A DNA stretch of 64,000 bases from Cyclobacteriaceae bacterium (GCA_028278585.1 JANQEC010000023.1:23947-87946), one strand, 5' to 3'; positions 1-8,857 are shown, counted from the stretch's first letter. The notes: generated by a model not told the origin, from the letters alone. A program made the numbers and translations.

Positions 1-77
1 AGGAAAGATGATAGGAAACTACTATCAGAAAAAACCGATGATAGATTGGCGGACACTAAGAAGAAACAGGGGAAACT

Positions 78-299
78 ATGAGAAACATTAATTGTATTCA
101 TGCCAAAGATGGCATCTATTGTGCACACAAGGAAAGAACCAAAAGAACATTATGGAATTTGTTCGGGCTGTTACCAACAATGTGTTTGAAGTTAGATGAT
201 ATGAATGCCAAATGTAGTTACCATAAGAAGTATACTATAAAGGTTCGGTTTCCGGTAAAGGTTTCTGCCAATATTAGTGTGAGGAAAAAGATTTCATAA
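78..299 (+). CDS. hypothetical protein (Cys/His-containing)
   Basis: ORF with GGGGA RBS upstream. Confidence 0.6.
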   Translation: MRNINCIHAKDGIYCAHKERTKRTLWNLFGLLPTMCLKLDDMNAKCSYHKKYTIKVRFPVKVSANISVRKKIS

Positions 300-339
300 A
301 GGTGGCTAACCTACTAAATACTATTAGTAGGAGGCCACC

Positions 340-576
340 ATCAAACGGAAACATTTCATACAAGTATATAATTCACGACTAACGCTTGAAGGAATATACT
401 TCACCAAGATAGAAACCATCAACCACTTCGTAGGTGTAATGCCAGGGTCACATCGCAGGTATTGTGTCAACAACCTATCCTTCCACCCTTGGATATATAA
501 ATATTGGTTCCAGAGAATAGACAAGATATACTATAGTGGCATAAAAGGACTAAGTGATAGTTTAACATTAGAATGA
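340..576 (+). CDS. small paralogue-array protein with apparent ATC start
   Basis: 78 open codons 5 nt after AGGAGG (329-334); C-terminus YYSGIKGLSDSL matches array members (YHIRGIKGTDNAL, YYAGVLGLDNDL). Confidence 0.55.
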   Translation: MKRKHFIQVYNSRLTLEGIYFTKIETINHFVGVMPGSHRRYCVNNLSFHPWIYKYWFQRIDKIYYSGIKGLSDSLTLE

Positions 577-622
577 CACATTAACATTCCTTATGTTAGT
601 GTGCAGAAATTGAGTTAATGTT

Positions 623-883
623 TTGGAGAAGAAAATGTCAGGTAGTAGTTCATTAATGGCCAAGAAATCAATCTGGACCTCCATGCACGGCATAGACTGT
701 TTTCAGTTTGATGGAACAGATGCATACAGGTATCTATGGTTTTATTTATTTGATTCGATATTTCGCCCACAACCAGCACTTACTTTGTTCGATAGGTTAA
801 TACAATATGAATCTATCAAACAATATTGTATAGAGTACGAGTTGACGATTAAAGATTTTAACCAACTATGGGTTTGGAAATGA
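623..883 (+). CDS. small paralogue-array protein
   Basis: Tyr/Trp-rich small ORF, ATGA-coupled to the next gene. Confidence 0.6.
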   Translation: MEKKMSGSSSLMAKKSIWTSMHGIDCFQFDGTDAYRYLWFYLFDSIFRPQPALTLFDRLIQYESIKQYCIEYELTIKDFNQLWVWK

Positions 884-1146
884 TACAGAACTGGACAGAT
901 CATCAAATCTATGCTGACATCAATGCACATTTCGAACATCATGTAATCGGCTATTGGCATATTAAAGATAAACTGGATTGCGACTATTGTGATTATTGGT
1001 TAAGGAAGCCGGGTGATGGGCCAGTAATGTATACTTCTCATCGTCCTTGTGGCGCTTGGATATACAACAACAATGTAATCGGCTTTCGAAACTGTGAATG
1101 GTATGTATACTATAGGGTAGTTGATTTGATTGGTAGGTTGTTATGA
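880..1146 (+). CDS. small paralogue-array protein (CxxC)
   Basis: CDYC motif, C-terminal YYRVVDLIGRLL; ATGA overlaps at both ends. Confidence 0.7.
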   Translation: MIQNWTDHQIYADINAHFEHHVIGYWHIKDKLDCDYCDYWLRKPGDGPVMYTSHRPCGAWIYNNNVIGFRNCEWYVYYRVVDLIGRLL

Positions 1147-1385
1147 TGAATGCAAAAAGTATAGGTCGTTGGATAGAGATGAAAGAGAAGATGACTGTGA
1201 CTAACTACTATTTACTGGTATATACAATGTCATCGTTGGTTTTGAAAGATCCAAATGGCGCTGCAGGGAAGATGTGTAATGCAATGAAACTTGGGAAGGG
1301 AACTGCTGGGTGCAATTGTAATCATTGTATGGTGAGATTTTGGGAACATTCATACCATATCAATAAAGGAATGTATCTGCTATGA
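1143..1385 (+). CDS. small paralogue-array protein
   Basis: YY motif, CNCNHC, ATGA coupling. Confidence 0.7.
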   Translation: MMNAKSIGRWIEMKEKMTVTNYYLLVYTMSSLVLKDPNGAAGKMCNAMKLGKGTAGCNCNHCMVRFWEHSYHINKGMYLL

Positions 1386-1624
1386 CCCAATGGGAAATGA
1401 ATTGTTACTATGATTGGATAGAACGGATAAACCATAGATACAGCCATGGATATGGGTATGGATTTTTAGAAAAACCATATCGCCGCTCGGATTGTATGGA
1501 TTGCGGCGGTTGTCCCGATATTGAAGAAGGTGATGAAGATATAATAACCGTATCTTGTACGAATTTGATCCATCTATACCAGATAGAATGCATTAACGAT
1601 AACTTTTGGCAAGAGGGACAATGA
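1382..1624 (+). CDS. small paralogue-array protein (CxxC)
   Basis: CYYDWI...CMDCGGC; ATGA coupling. Confidence 0.7.
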   Translation: MTQWEMNCYYDWIERINHRYSHGYGYGFLEKPYRRSDCMDCGGCPDIEEGDEDIITVSCTNLIHLYQIECINDNFWQEGQ

Positions 1625-1836
1625 AATATTTTCTTGATGTATTAGTTAATTTCGATTGGGCATTTAATCCTGAACGGTCAAAGAAAGAATATAGGATGAC
1701 CAATTTGGATGCGGTTTCGTGTATGTATTATTGTATGCCATTTCAATTGGTTGGCAAATGTAAATTAACTCCTGTGGGTAGATGTAACCAGATAGTATAT
1801 CCGCACGTGCTGAAATTGATCAATGAGGGATTCTAA
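1621..1836 (+). CDS. small paralogue-array protein
   Basis: CMYYC...CNQIVYPHVLKLIN; similar to 10780..11076. Confidence 0.7.
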   Translation: MKYFLDVLVNFDWAFNPERSKKEYRMTNLDAVSCMYYCMPFQLVGKCKLTPVGRCNQIVYPHVLKLINEGF

Positions 1837-1841
1837 ATAAC

Positions 1842-2066
1842 ATGACTACATCTTGGGTATCATATAACGTTAGAATGATCAATTGGTCGTTGGAAGAAAT
1901 CGGGGAACCTATACCACAACCTCCTAATCAGATCATGTCTTGCGGCGATTGTGAAGAGATGTGGGATCAAAAAGATCCATGTGAGATGTTTGATAGTATG
2001 GATTGTGACCGAGTTTATTTGGTCGGAGTTCTAAATACATTTTCTTATTCGTGTGTGTTAGTATGA
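1842..2066 (+). CDS. small paralogue-array protein (CxxC)
   Basis: MSCGDCEE...C...C pattern. Confidence 0.7.
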   Translation: MTTSWVSYNVRMINWSLEEIGEPIPQPPNQIMSCGDCEEMWDQKDPCEMFDSMDCDRVYLVGVLNTFSYSCVLV

Positions 2067-2344
2067 ATAAACAAAGAAAAAGAAAATCAAGACCATTACA
2101 CAAGAGTATCCCCACGCCGCTAACTTCATGTTACGCCGCAGTAAACGTATCATGGCACACGAAACAGAAATACTATAGGATAGTTGAGTATATTAACACA
2201 TCATTCAAACGGGTGCCCAAGTATTGGGCCCGGAAGGCAATCCCGTTATGGAAACTTGTGTATACAACAGCGCAACTTAATAAAATCCACATAGACCAAT
2301 TAGTATCTACAGAACTGTATATTGATTTAGAGGACATAGGGTGA
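2063..2344 (+). CDS. small paralogue-array protein
   Basis: YYRIVEYIN motif; ATGA coupling. Confidence 0.6.
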   Translation: MNKQRKRKSRPLHKSIPTPLTSCYAAVNVSWHTKQKYYRIVEYINTSFKRVPKYWARKAIPLWKLVYTTAQLNKIHIDQLVSTELYIDLEDIG

Positions 2345-2370
2345 AACTGGCATACATATGGTAGAGATAC

Positions 2371-2592
2371 ATGACACTTAAAGAATATTGGAAACAGGTC
2401 GATAAGCTAAGAGTTTTATCCGCGGACAATGGGAAGTGGGAGTATCTAAACATGCTTCAATTGTCTTACGTTATAAGTTGGCGACAATGTAAGCCAATAG
2501 AGTATATGAGATGGGGAGATGGAAGATCCGCAGAATATGTTGATTTGGTATACTGGATAGATGAAGACCTTGAACTAATTTCAGGATCCTGA
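2371..2592 (+). CDS. small paralogue-array protein (MTxxEY subfamily)
   Basis: aligns by eye with 7791..8033 and 10067..10285. Confidence 0.75.
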   Translation: MTLKEYWKQVDKLRVLSADNGKWEYLNMLQLSYVISWRQCKPIEYMRWGDGRSAEYVDLVYWIDEDLELISGS

Positions 2593-2630
2593 AAATAGTT
2601 ATTGACAGGTTTGCCTTCATAATCTATATT
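2579..2630 (+). promoter_or_regulatory. sigma70-like early promoter with upstream GGATCC-GAAAA element
   Basis: TTGACA (2602)-17 nt-TATATT (2625); palindrome TTTCAGGATCCTGAAA at 2579-2594. Confidence 0.8.
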
Positions 2631-2655
2631 AAATAAAAACAAAAAGGAAGATAGT

Positions 2656-2826
2656 ATGAGTTTTGGCAAAGTAATCGTAGAAGTAGTGAAATTGGCATGC
2701 ATGTTTTGTTTGGGTGTATGTCTGTATCATATAGTTACGGAGCCGGAAGTAACCACAAGAATGAAATTCGTTATTGTGGGTGGCATAAACCTTGTGGGGT
2801 TTTTGATATTGGATGGGAGAAAGTAA
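2656..2826 (+). CDS. small membrane protein
   Basis: 56-aa ORF after AAGGA RBS, two hydrophobic segments. Confidence 0.6.
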   Translation: MSFGKVIVEVVKLACMFCLGVCLYHIVTEPEVTTRMKFVIVGGINLVGFLILDGRK

Positions 2827-2827
2827 A

Positions 2828-3016
2828 ATGAAACTAAAGAAAGGCTTGCAGGTTTCATCTGATGATCCTTGGTATGATTTATCTGATGGTGGCTATTTGA
2901 ACCCAAGAGAGATGTGTGAATCTCCCGAAGATGCCCAAAGAGTGATTGATGCTATTGCTGTGGTTGAGGATTTCATTGAATCTTGTAGAATACAAATTGA
3001 AGATTTCATAAGGTAG
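2828..3016 (+). CDS. hypothetical protein
   Basis: ORF with GGAG RBS. Confidence 0.65.
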   Translation: MKLKKGLQVSSDDPWYDLSDGGYLNPREMCESPEDAQRVIDAIAVVEDFIESCRIQIEDFIR

Positions 3017-3034
3017 GAGAGGGGAAATAACTAT

Positions 3035-3277
3035 ATGATCACCATTAAAGAAACAACTGGCACCAATTCAGATGGCGCAGGTACATACGAAATCGAAGTG
3101 TCAAAGGATGGAAAGAAAGTTGCTGGGTTCTCCGCATGGCCTTTATACGAATGTCCCGAAGATGCTACACTTGAACGTGACATGGGATTTGCTTATGATG
3201 CTATCGAATTTTTCAAGCTTGGATATGAAGCAGGAAAGAACGGAGAGGAAATAGTTTTTAAGGAAGTGGAAGAATGA
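3035..3277 (+). CDS. hypothetical protein
   Basis: ORF with strong RBS. Confidence 0.7.
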   Translation: MITIKETTGTNSDGAGTYEIEVSKDGKKVAGFSAWPLYECPEDATLERDMGFAYDAIEFFKLGYEAGKNGEEIVFKEVEE

Positions 3278-3528
3278 AAACAATGGAATCATCTTTAAAA
3301 GTATACATAGTTAAACATGGCACACATTGGTTGTTGGATGGTAACAAAGCAAAATGTCCTGAATGCAATAGAACAGATTGGGTTCATTGTATAAGTGACG
3401 GAGCCCACGAAAACCCGGAAGAACAAGTATACAAAGCAACGTTCGAATGTAAAACATGTCTGTGCAAATTTATAGTGTGCAAACCCCTGAAAGAGATCCA
3501 GAAAAAATCAATTGACACATACGCATAA
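3274..3528 (+). CDS. zinc-ribbon-like hypothetical protein
   Basis: CPEC...CKTC. Confidence 0.65.
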   Translation: MKTMESSLKVYIVKHGTHWLLDGNKAKCPECNRTDWVHCISDGAHENPEEQVYKATFECKTCLCKFIVCKPLKEIQKKSIDTYA

Positions 3529-3540
3529 TAAACGTATATT
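3495..3540 (+). promoter_or_regulatory. sigma70-like early promoter
   Basis: GATCCAGAAAA, TTGACA (3512)-17 nt-TATATT (3535). Confidence 0.8.
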
Positions 3541-3809
3541 TAATAATAGACAACACAAAACATAAAGTGTTTGGAGGTGAGAAGTTTATGTGGCCGCAGT
3601 AATTTAAAGGGCCTATTAAAAACAGAATACAAAATATAAATAATAGTAATAAGATATATTAAAAAGATGAAGTACGGTGGGTTGCCGAATCGGCCCAAAA
3701 TTATAAGATAAGAAATTATAAGAAAGCCGAAGTGGGGGCAACGGATTGCCCTATCAACATCCAAGATGGATTAGACTATTTAAGATAATGTAGAAAGATT
3801 TGGGGAACC

Positions 3810-3843
3810 GGGAAGGACAATATTGTTCTTCCCTTTTCCTTTA
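3810..3843 (+). terminator. intrinsic terminator
   Basis: GGGAAGGACAA-TA-TTGTTCTTCCC hairpin followed by TTTTCCTTT. Confidence 0.65.
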
Positions 3844-3884
3844 TATGGGGCGCTACCCTGGCGCCATAGGGAGAGTTAAACCTA

Positions 3885-3948
3885 TTTAACCGTTTAACCA
3901 GATTCTTACCGATTTTTCTTGACACAGATCCGTGAATAATGATATATT
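3885..3948 (+). promoter_or_regulatory. early promoter module (copy 1 of an inverted pair)
   Basis: TTTAACCGTTTAACCAGA-13 nt-TTCTTGACACAGATCCGTGA; TATATT 18 nt after the -35; same blocks at 24923-24973 on the minus strand. Confidence 0.8.
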
Positions 3949-3989
3949 AGTAGTATAAGAAAAAAGAGAAAAATCGAAAGGATCGTCAA

Positions 3990-4673
3990 ATGTTGTCTTG
4001 TGTATCAAAAAACTCCAAAACCGAATACTCTGTTGATTTCACTTCCAACTGCCCCAAACGCAGAGAAGGAAAACCTTGTTCCTATTGTTACGTTGAATGT
4101 GCCCGGAATATGGGTTTCAACGCTAAGAAGGTTTTCGATTACGTTCCCTACAATAACGAAATTTCCCGTTTCACCCAAAAGAAAATTTCCATGTTGAATG
4201 CCGCCGGTGGTATTCGACTTTTTTCTTTTGGTGACTACATGCCCGAACATTACAATGACGTTCTTCAATTTTTGGATGATTGTGAAATCCAAGGTTTGAA
4301 GGTTAAGGTTATCACCAAGGTTATCGACTTTGTTGTGAAGTTCCATGATCACCCGGCAATTAAAGTGATCAACATTTCCATCGACAATGTTGGTGATGGT
4401 GTAGGTTGGTATGTCGCTGGTGCCTTCAAAAAGTATTCGAAGGTCCGTGTCCGTTGTGTTGTTCTCAAAGATGAAGATGTGGATGCCTTCACCGATTGCC
4501 GTGTTGGGAATCTGGTTGACGTTTTCACTTTCAATCATGGTCGTGGTTTGAAAAAACTTGGATACAAGATGTATTCCAAGAAAGACGTTAAGGAATGGAA
4601 CAAGAAACTGAATGGCAAAGTATGTTGTTCCACCGGGAAATGTGCCACCTGTAACCTCAAATGTGCTCAGTAA
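3990..4673 (+). CDS. Gp88-like / radical-SAM-related Fe-S protein
   Basis: C-x8-CxxCY, IRLFSFGD, C-terminal CCxxxxCxxCxxxC. Confidence 0.6.
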   Translation: MLSCVSKNSKTEYSVDFTSNCPKRREGKPCSYCYVECARNMGFNAKKVFDYVPYNNEISRFTQKKISMLNAAGGIRLFSFGDYMPEHYNDVLQFLDDCEIQGLKVKVITKVIDFVVKFHDHPAIKVINISIDNVGDGVGWYVAGAFKKYSKVRVRCVVLKDEDVDAFTDCRVGNLVDVFTFNHGRGLKKLGYKMYSKKDVKEWNKKLNGKVCCSTGKCATCNLKCAQ

Positions 4674-4696
4674 TTTAGGAAAAGGAAATGAATACA

Positions 4697-4831
4697 ATGT
4701 TTCAAAAAATAAAATGTTTTTTCGGTTTCCATACCAAAGACCCCAAACAGGGAAGCTGGTATTGTGCCTCTTATAGGGCCGGCTATTCCTACTGTAAATT
4801 CTGTAATGCCATCATTTGGGAAGATCGTTAG
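4697..4831 (+). CDS. small CxxGxH zinc-finger-like protein
   Basis: MFQKIKCFFGFH...CKFC; AAGGA..AATACAATG start context. Confidence 0.6.
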   Translation: MFQKIKCFFGFHTKDPKQGSWYCASYRAGYSYCKFCNAIIWEDR

Positions 4832-4846
4832 AAAGGAATCAATACA

Positions 4847-5074
4847 ATGTCACAAGCTAAAGTAGTCAATTCACAAAAGTTTTTCGAGTACATGGCAAAG
4901 AAAGCCAAGACAAGTACCATCAGTATCCGTGCCTTTACTGGTACTCATCCCAGCCGTGGAGAATACACCCAGTTGTTTTTTGAGAACGGCAGAGGAACGG
5001 ACATCGCCACTTGTGGTAATTACTCCGATGGAAAGACCCCTGACTATTACTTTGTTGGAAAACTTTGGTCCTAA
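4847..5074 (+). CDS. hypothetical protein
   Basis: AAAGGAATCAATACAATG start context. Confidence 0.7.
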   Translation: MSQAKVVNSQKFFEYMAKKAKTSTISIRAFTGTHPSRGEYTQLFFENGRGTDIATCGNYSDGKTPDYYFVGKLWS

Positions 5075-5090
5075 TAAGAAAGGCAATACA

Positions 5091-5381
5091 ATGAAACTCA
5101 ACTCCTTCGCAGAACTGAAATCCTTCGTGGAACTCGACAACCACATCAAACAGCTCAATGCTGATGCTGACCGGCAGATGGCCGAGCAGCCCGGGCTGTG
5201 GGTTTCACATCTCATGCCTGCGGAGAAGTGGGTTGAAAACTACGGTATTGATACCGTGGAAAAATTCGAACACCAAATGTTGTTCGAATCATATTCGAAT
5301 GTTTACAAGGATACCTTCGGTGTCCGCCCTCGTGGCAAGGTAACTGTCGCTGAGATGAAATCTTTTTTGGAAAGGGCATAA
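5091..5381 (+). CDS. conserved phage hypothetical protein
   Basis: YKDxxGxRPR motif; AAAGGCAATACAATG start. Confidence 0.7.
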   Translation: MKLNSFAELKSFVELDNHIKQLNADADRQMAEQPGLWVSHLMPAEKWVENYGIDTVEKFEHQMLFESYSNVYKDTFGVRPRGKVTVAEMKSFLERA

Positions 5382-5383
5382 CA

Positions 5384-5734
5384 ATGAAAATTCGTATCCG
5401 TGAAGATGCCAGAAAATACTACATTGCCAGCTCAATGGGAACTTTTATCAATTGGGATTGGGCGAATACAATGGAGCAGGTACAAGGAATGGTCCTTGAG
5501 GTAGAAACAGAATACCTGTTTAAGAATCAGTACAATACCGTCCCTGTGCCCGGAGTCTCCGACAATGGACTTCGTATCATGGACAATATGGTATCGGAAG
5601 TCATAGACGATGAAAGGGAAGGAAAAGCACGTTGTAACTGGTGTGGTAAAACCGTACCCGATGCCCCCATGTGTTTCAAGTGTGGTCGGCAAGGATACAT
5701 GGAATCATTCAGTAACCGTTATAGGAGAGCATAA
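5384..5734 (+). CDS. hypothetical protein with C-terminal Zn ribbon
   Basis: CNWC...CFKC. Confidence 0.7.
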   Translation: MKIRIREDARKYYIASSMGTFINWDWANTMEQVQGMVLEVETEYLFKNQYNTVPVPGVSDNGLRIMDNMVSEVIDDEREGKARCNWCGKTVPDAPMCFKCGRQGYMESFSNRYRRA

Positions 5735-5737
5735 AAC

Positions 5738-6166
5738 ATGGAACTTGCAATTGGAACAGTCCTATACAGGAAACCAAACCCCGAACGACTTTTTGAATCA
5801 AAGAAAGGCGGATACTGGAAGGTACTCGAAATCCGCCCTTCTATGTTCAACAAGTTTCAATCCACATATTACTCCATTCGCTGTACCAAAACAGGAAAGG
5901 AATACAAAGACACTAACGGATTTTATGTGGACTATGTAAACGCAGAACTTACCAAACCCGATGGCATGTGGACTATCGTTGGTGCTGGGCCTGTGAAGGT
6001 AGGAACCAAAGCAAACATCGACAAGGGAAACAAGATCGGGGCAAAGAAACGCCGGATTGCCTACCTTGAAGCAAGTATCAATTCAGACGTTAAGGAATAC
6101 AACCAGCTCATCGCCGAAGTGTATGGCAAGGGAACTGGTAGTGAACTCAAAGTGGTGGAGGCATAA
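5738..6166 (+). CDS. hypothetical protein
   Basis: ORF with AGGAG RBS. Confidence 0.7.
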   Translation: MELAIGTVLYRKPNPERLFESKKGGYWKVLEIRPSMFNKFQSTYYSIRCTKTGKEYKDTNGFYVDYVNAELTKPDGMWTIVGAGPVKVGTKANIDKGNKIGAKKRRIAYLEASINSDVKEYNQLIAEVYGKGTGSELKVVEA

Positions 6167-6170
6167 AACA

Positions 6171-6440
6171 ATGAATACAACAATCAACATCTTCAATCGT
6201 AATGCAACAGAGAAAGATCAAGATCACCTGTTGGCATCAAACTCCTATGACCAAAACATTCCTATTCCCCGTACTGGTGAATGGATTGTATTGCCTAAGA
6301 AAGATCAGAGGCCGAAGGATGCTAACATGTTTCAGGTCGATATGGTCGCATATGTCCACAAGGAAGGATACTATTCATCCACTCCTGAAAAGATATACTA
6401 TCCGCCTTCGATTGATGTCAATATTTACGTTACTCCATAA
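6171..6440 (+). CDS. hypothetical protein
   Basis: GGAGG RBS. Confidence 0.65.
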   Translation: MNTTINIFNRNATEKDQDHLLASNSYDQNIPIPRTGEWIVLPKKDQRPKDANMFQVDMVAYVHKEGYYSSTPEKIYYPPSIDVNIYVTP

Positions 6441-6643
6441 GGAAAACAAAAAATGATCACATACATACTGGTAACATTTGGTATTTTCACATTGGGTTAT
6501 ATCGCAGGATACTGGCAACGTGGTGTGAACGAAAAAAAGAAAGTGTAATATGGTAATGATAAAGAGTCTCGCAAAGAAGCTGAGAAGAGAAAGATCCAAA
6601 AAGAAACGAAAGAAATACAAATACAACTGGAAGGAAAGTAGCA

Positions 6644-6835
6644 ATGTCAAGTAAACTAATTCGTTACATAATCAGAAAGGACAATGTAAAGTATCTGAAT
6701 AACAGCGGTAACTGGACAAGAGATACCGCCAAAGCTCGTTGGTTTATTACACGGGCAGAAGCGCTGGACATTGCCAGAGAAGATGAACAGGTATTGAAAA
6801 TTGGTGTAGACATTACCGTGACTTGGGAGGATTAA
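6644..6835 (+). CDS. hypothetical protein
   Basis: AAGGA RBS. Confidence 0.6.
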   Translation: MSSKLIRYIIRKDNVKYLNNSGNWTRDTAKARWFITRAEALDIAREDEQVLKIGVDITVTWED

Positions 6836-7070
6836 TCATGCTATTTTTACTGTCTCTCATTGGAGCAACCATTGTTTTCGCAGCTGCCGATGTTGAATTT
6901 TTGAGTGCAAGGTGGTCTGTTATTTTAATTGGTATGGTGATATTCGGCATTGCCAATTCCCTGGGCGGGAGGGATTAAAACATATCACAGAAACGGCCGG
7001 ACTTGTTATGGGCTCAATAAAATCATTAATATCTGTACGGATAGGTGGGTTGGATTCTGCATTAAAGGGA

Positions 7071-7292
7071 ATGAAACATTACTCTAAATACATGCATAAA
7101 ATATTTGGTCATGGGTATGCAATTTCTCGCAACAGATTTCTTTTTCCAAGTAACCATAACACTATAGTAGATTGTAACTATTGCGATAATCTGCCAGGAA
7201 GGCCGAGATTTTCCGATGACTTTTGTAATGGTCATTGCTGTAACAATGCATATCCATACATAATAGGTTTGGTTGATAGGATATTAGAATGA
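7071..7292 (+). CDS. small paralogue-array protein (CxxC)
   Basis: CNYC...CC..AYPYIIGLVDRILE. Confidence 0.65.
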   Translation: MKHYSKYMHKIFGHGYAISRNRFLFPSNHNTIVDCNYCDNLPGRPRFSDDFCNGHCCNNAYPYIIGLVDRILE

Positions 7293-7546
7293 ACTCCAAT
7301 CAAAGCCCATGTATTACAGATTGCAATAAGACCTGTGAATATTATTGTAGAGTAAAGTACATGTACAATTTTCTGATTAGGTGTGAATTGGATGTTATAG
7401 ATTGCCTATTCTGCGAAGATTGCCAGAACATATTAGACGATGAGCCCTGTTTCTATGCTAGTTGGTGGGCCAGCCGAGGCTCTTGCTGGGAATATTATTA
7501 TCCACATTCAATACAGGTAATGCAGGATAAGGTGGACTTGTTATGA
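7289..7546 (+). CDS. small paralogue-array protein (YYCRV subfamily)
   Basis: EYYCRVKYMYNFLIRC...YYPHSIQVMQDKVDLL. Confidence 0.8.
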   Translation: MNSNQSPCITDCNKTCEYYCRVKYMYNFLIRCELDVIDCLFCEDCQNILDDEPCFYASWWASRGSCWEYYYPHSIQVMQDKVDLL

Positions 7547-7794
7547 GAAAATACCATAGCCCATGTGACACAAGTTGTAACAGGATTGGAACCGAATACT
7601 ATTGCAGGGTGAAATACATGTACACATTTTTAATTAGATGTGATGTTGGCCAGGCGGTGTATATGTTATGTCGTGTTTGTAAACAGATGACAAACTCCGC
7701 ATATGGCAGTTGTAAAGAAAACTTAGGTACGTGCCGTTCGTTTTATTATCCCCATTCAATACGGGCAATGCAAGATAGGTTGGAATTGATATGA
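7543..7794 (+). CDS. small paralogue-array protein (YYCRV subfamily)
   Basis: EYYCRVKYMYTFLIRC...YYPHSIRAMQDRLELI; tandem duplicate of the previous gene. Confidence 0.8.
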   Translation: MRKYHSPCDTSCNRIGTEYYCRVKYMYTFLIRCDVGQAVYMLCRVCKQMTNSAYGSCKENLGTCRSFYYPHSIRAMQDRLELI

Positions 7795-8033
7795 CCCGAA
7801 GAGAATACATCAAACAAGGTCGCCGGATTATATCTTGTGATGGCCCCATAAAATGGCATTACCTTGATATGTTGTTACTGAATTATTATTTAACTTGGCG
7901 CGGATGTAGAAAAGTTGAATACGGTACAAATATGCCAAAGGTGTCGGACAACTATTTCGCCTTGTTAGAATGGGTTGATCATTTTCTGGATCCAGAAAGC
8001 ATGCTGCCCCGATCAGCTCGTTTAACCGATTAA
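7791..8033 (+). CDS. small paralogue-array protein (MTxxEY subfamily)
   Basis: aligns with 2371..2592. Confidence 0.75.
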   Translation: MTRREYIKQGRRIISCDGPIKWHYLDMLLLNYYLTWRGCRKVEYGTNMPKVSDNYFALLEWVDHFLDPESMLPRSARLTD

Positions 8034-8163
8034 ATATTTAAGCGTTTCAAAAAGGGCTCCGTGGCCAGGCCATACAAACATACCGCCCCCATCCCTTGGA
8101 CCCGATTCTAAGCGCTAACCTTGTCCCTGGCGGTCTAATTTAGGGGTATGCTAATGGGGGGTA

Positions 8164-8427
8164 TTATCTGAGAATTTTGTCAATCTGAGCTACATGCCAA
8201 TAGAATCCTGCATCTTCACGCATGATTGGTGGGAATGGATTGTAAAGATTGCCTGGCAATATCGGGGGCCAGGCAGTTCCCCATCGCTCATCATTGTTAT
8301 ATTGGTTATTCAATAGATTACTAAATTGTATCGCTTGCATTGCAGTACATATATCAGCGATAGGATTGTAGTCCTTTCCCTTCAGCAATTCATTTATCAG
8401 CCATATCCATAACGTTTGTGGTATCAT
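8164..8427 (-). CDS. small paralogue-array protein
   Basis: shares P.I.E.A..G..W and xDKxL with 8424..8657. Confidence 0.7.
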   Translation of the reverse strand: MIPQTLWIWLINELLKGKDYNPIADICTAMQAIQFSNLLNNQYNNDERWGTAWPPILPGNLYNPFPPIMREDAGFYWHVAQIDKILR

Positions 8428-8657
8428 AATAATTTATCCATTTCTACATATGAGCTATACAATACACCGGGGGCATTAACCAATATAGAGAAATACATGT
8501 TCCATAGATAACCAGTTCGTGCCTCTTCGGATATTAACGGCCCCGGTTTCCCATCAAATGTCAATAAACTATCTATTTTATCCCAGCCATAGCAGCCAAG
8601 AATTTGATTCAGTACATGTGCCCATGCTTCGTTATTGTCCATATTTGTATTTATCAT
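8424..8657 (-). CDS. small paralogue-array protein
   Basis: ATGA-coupled; ends MDKLL. Confidence 0.7.
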   Translation of the reverse strand: MINTNMDNNEAWAHVLNQILGCYGWDKIDSLLTFDGKPGPLISEEARTGYLWNMYFSILVNAPGVLYSSYVEMDKLL

Positions 8658-8857
8658 ATCAGTTCTATTCGCTCATCAAAGTTACTTATAGAAGATGAAT
8701 AGTATAATTCCTTACGAATTGTAACTATATCATATACCTGTTTAACGTATTCCCATGGCATTTCAGAAAGGGAATCATATTGGATCTTATCGTTAATAAG
8801 CCAGACATAGTTGTAGTATCTTGCTTCATGCCCCAATAGGTATAACGAATTAATCAT
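8654..8857 (-). CDS. small paralogue-array protein
   Basis: YYNYVWLIND...YYSSSISNFDERIELI. Confidence 0.7.
   Translation of the reverse strand: MINSLYLLGHEARYYNYVWLINDKIQYDSLSEMPWEYVKQVYDIVTIRKELYYSSSISNFDERIELI

Noticed and set aside
4005-4697. 230-aa minus-strand ORF and other long antisense ORFs (e.g. 20525..21094, 51699..52436)
   Set aside because: They are shadows of well-supported genes on the opposite strand, with no motifs or RBS.
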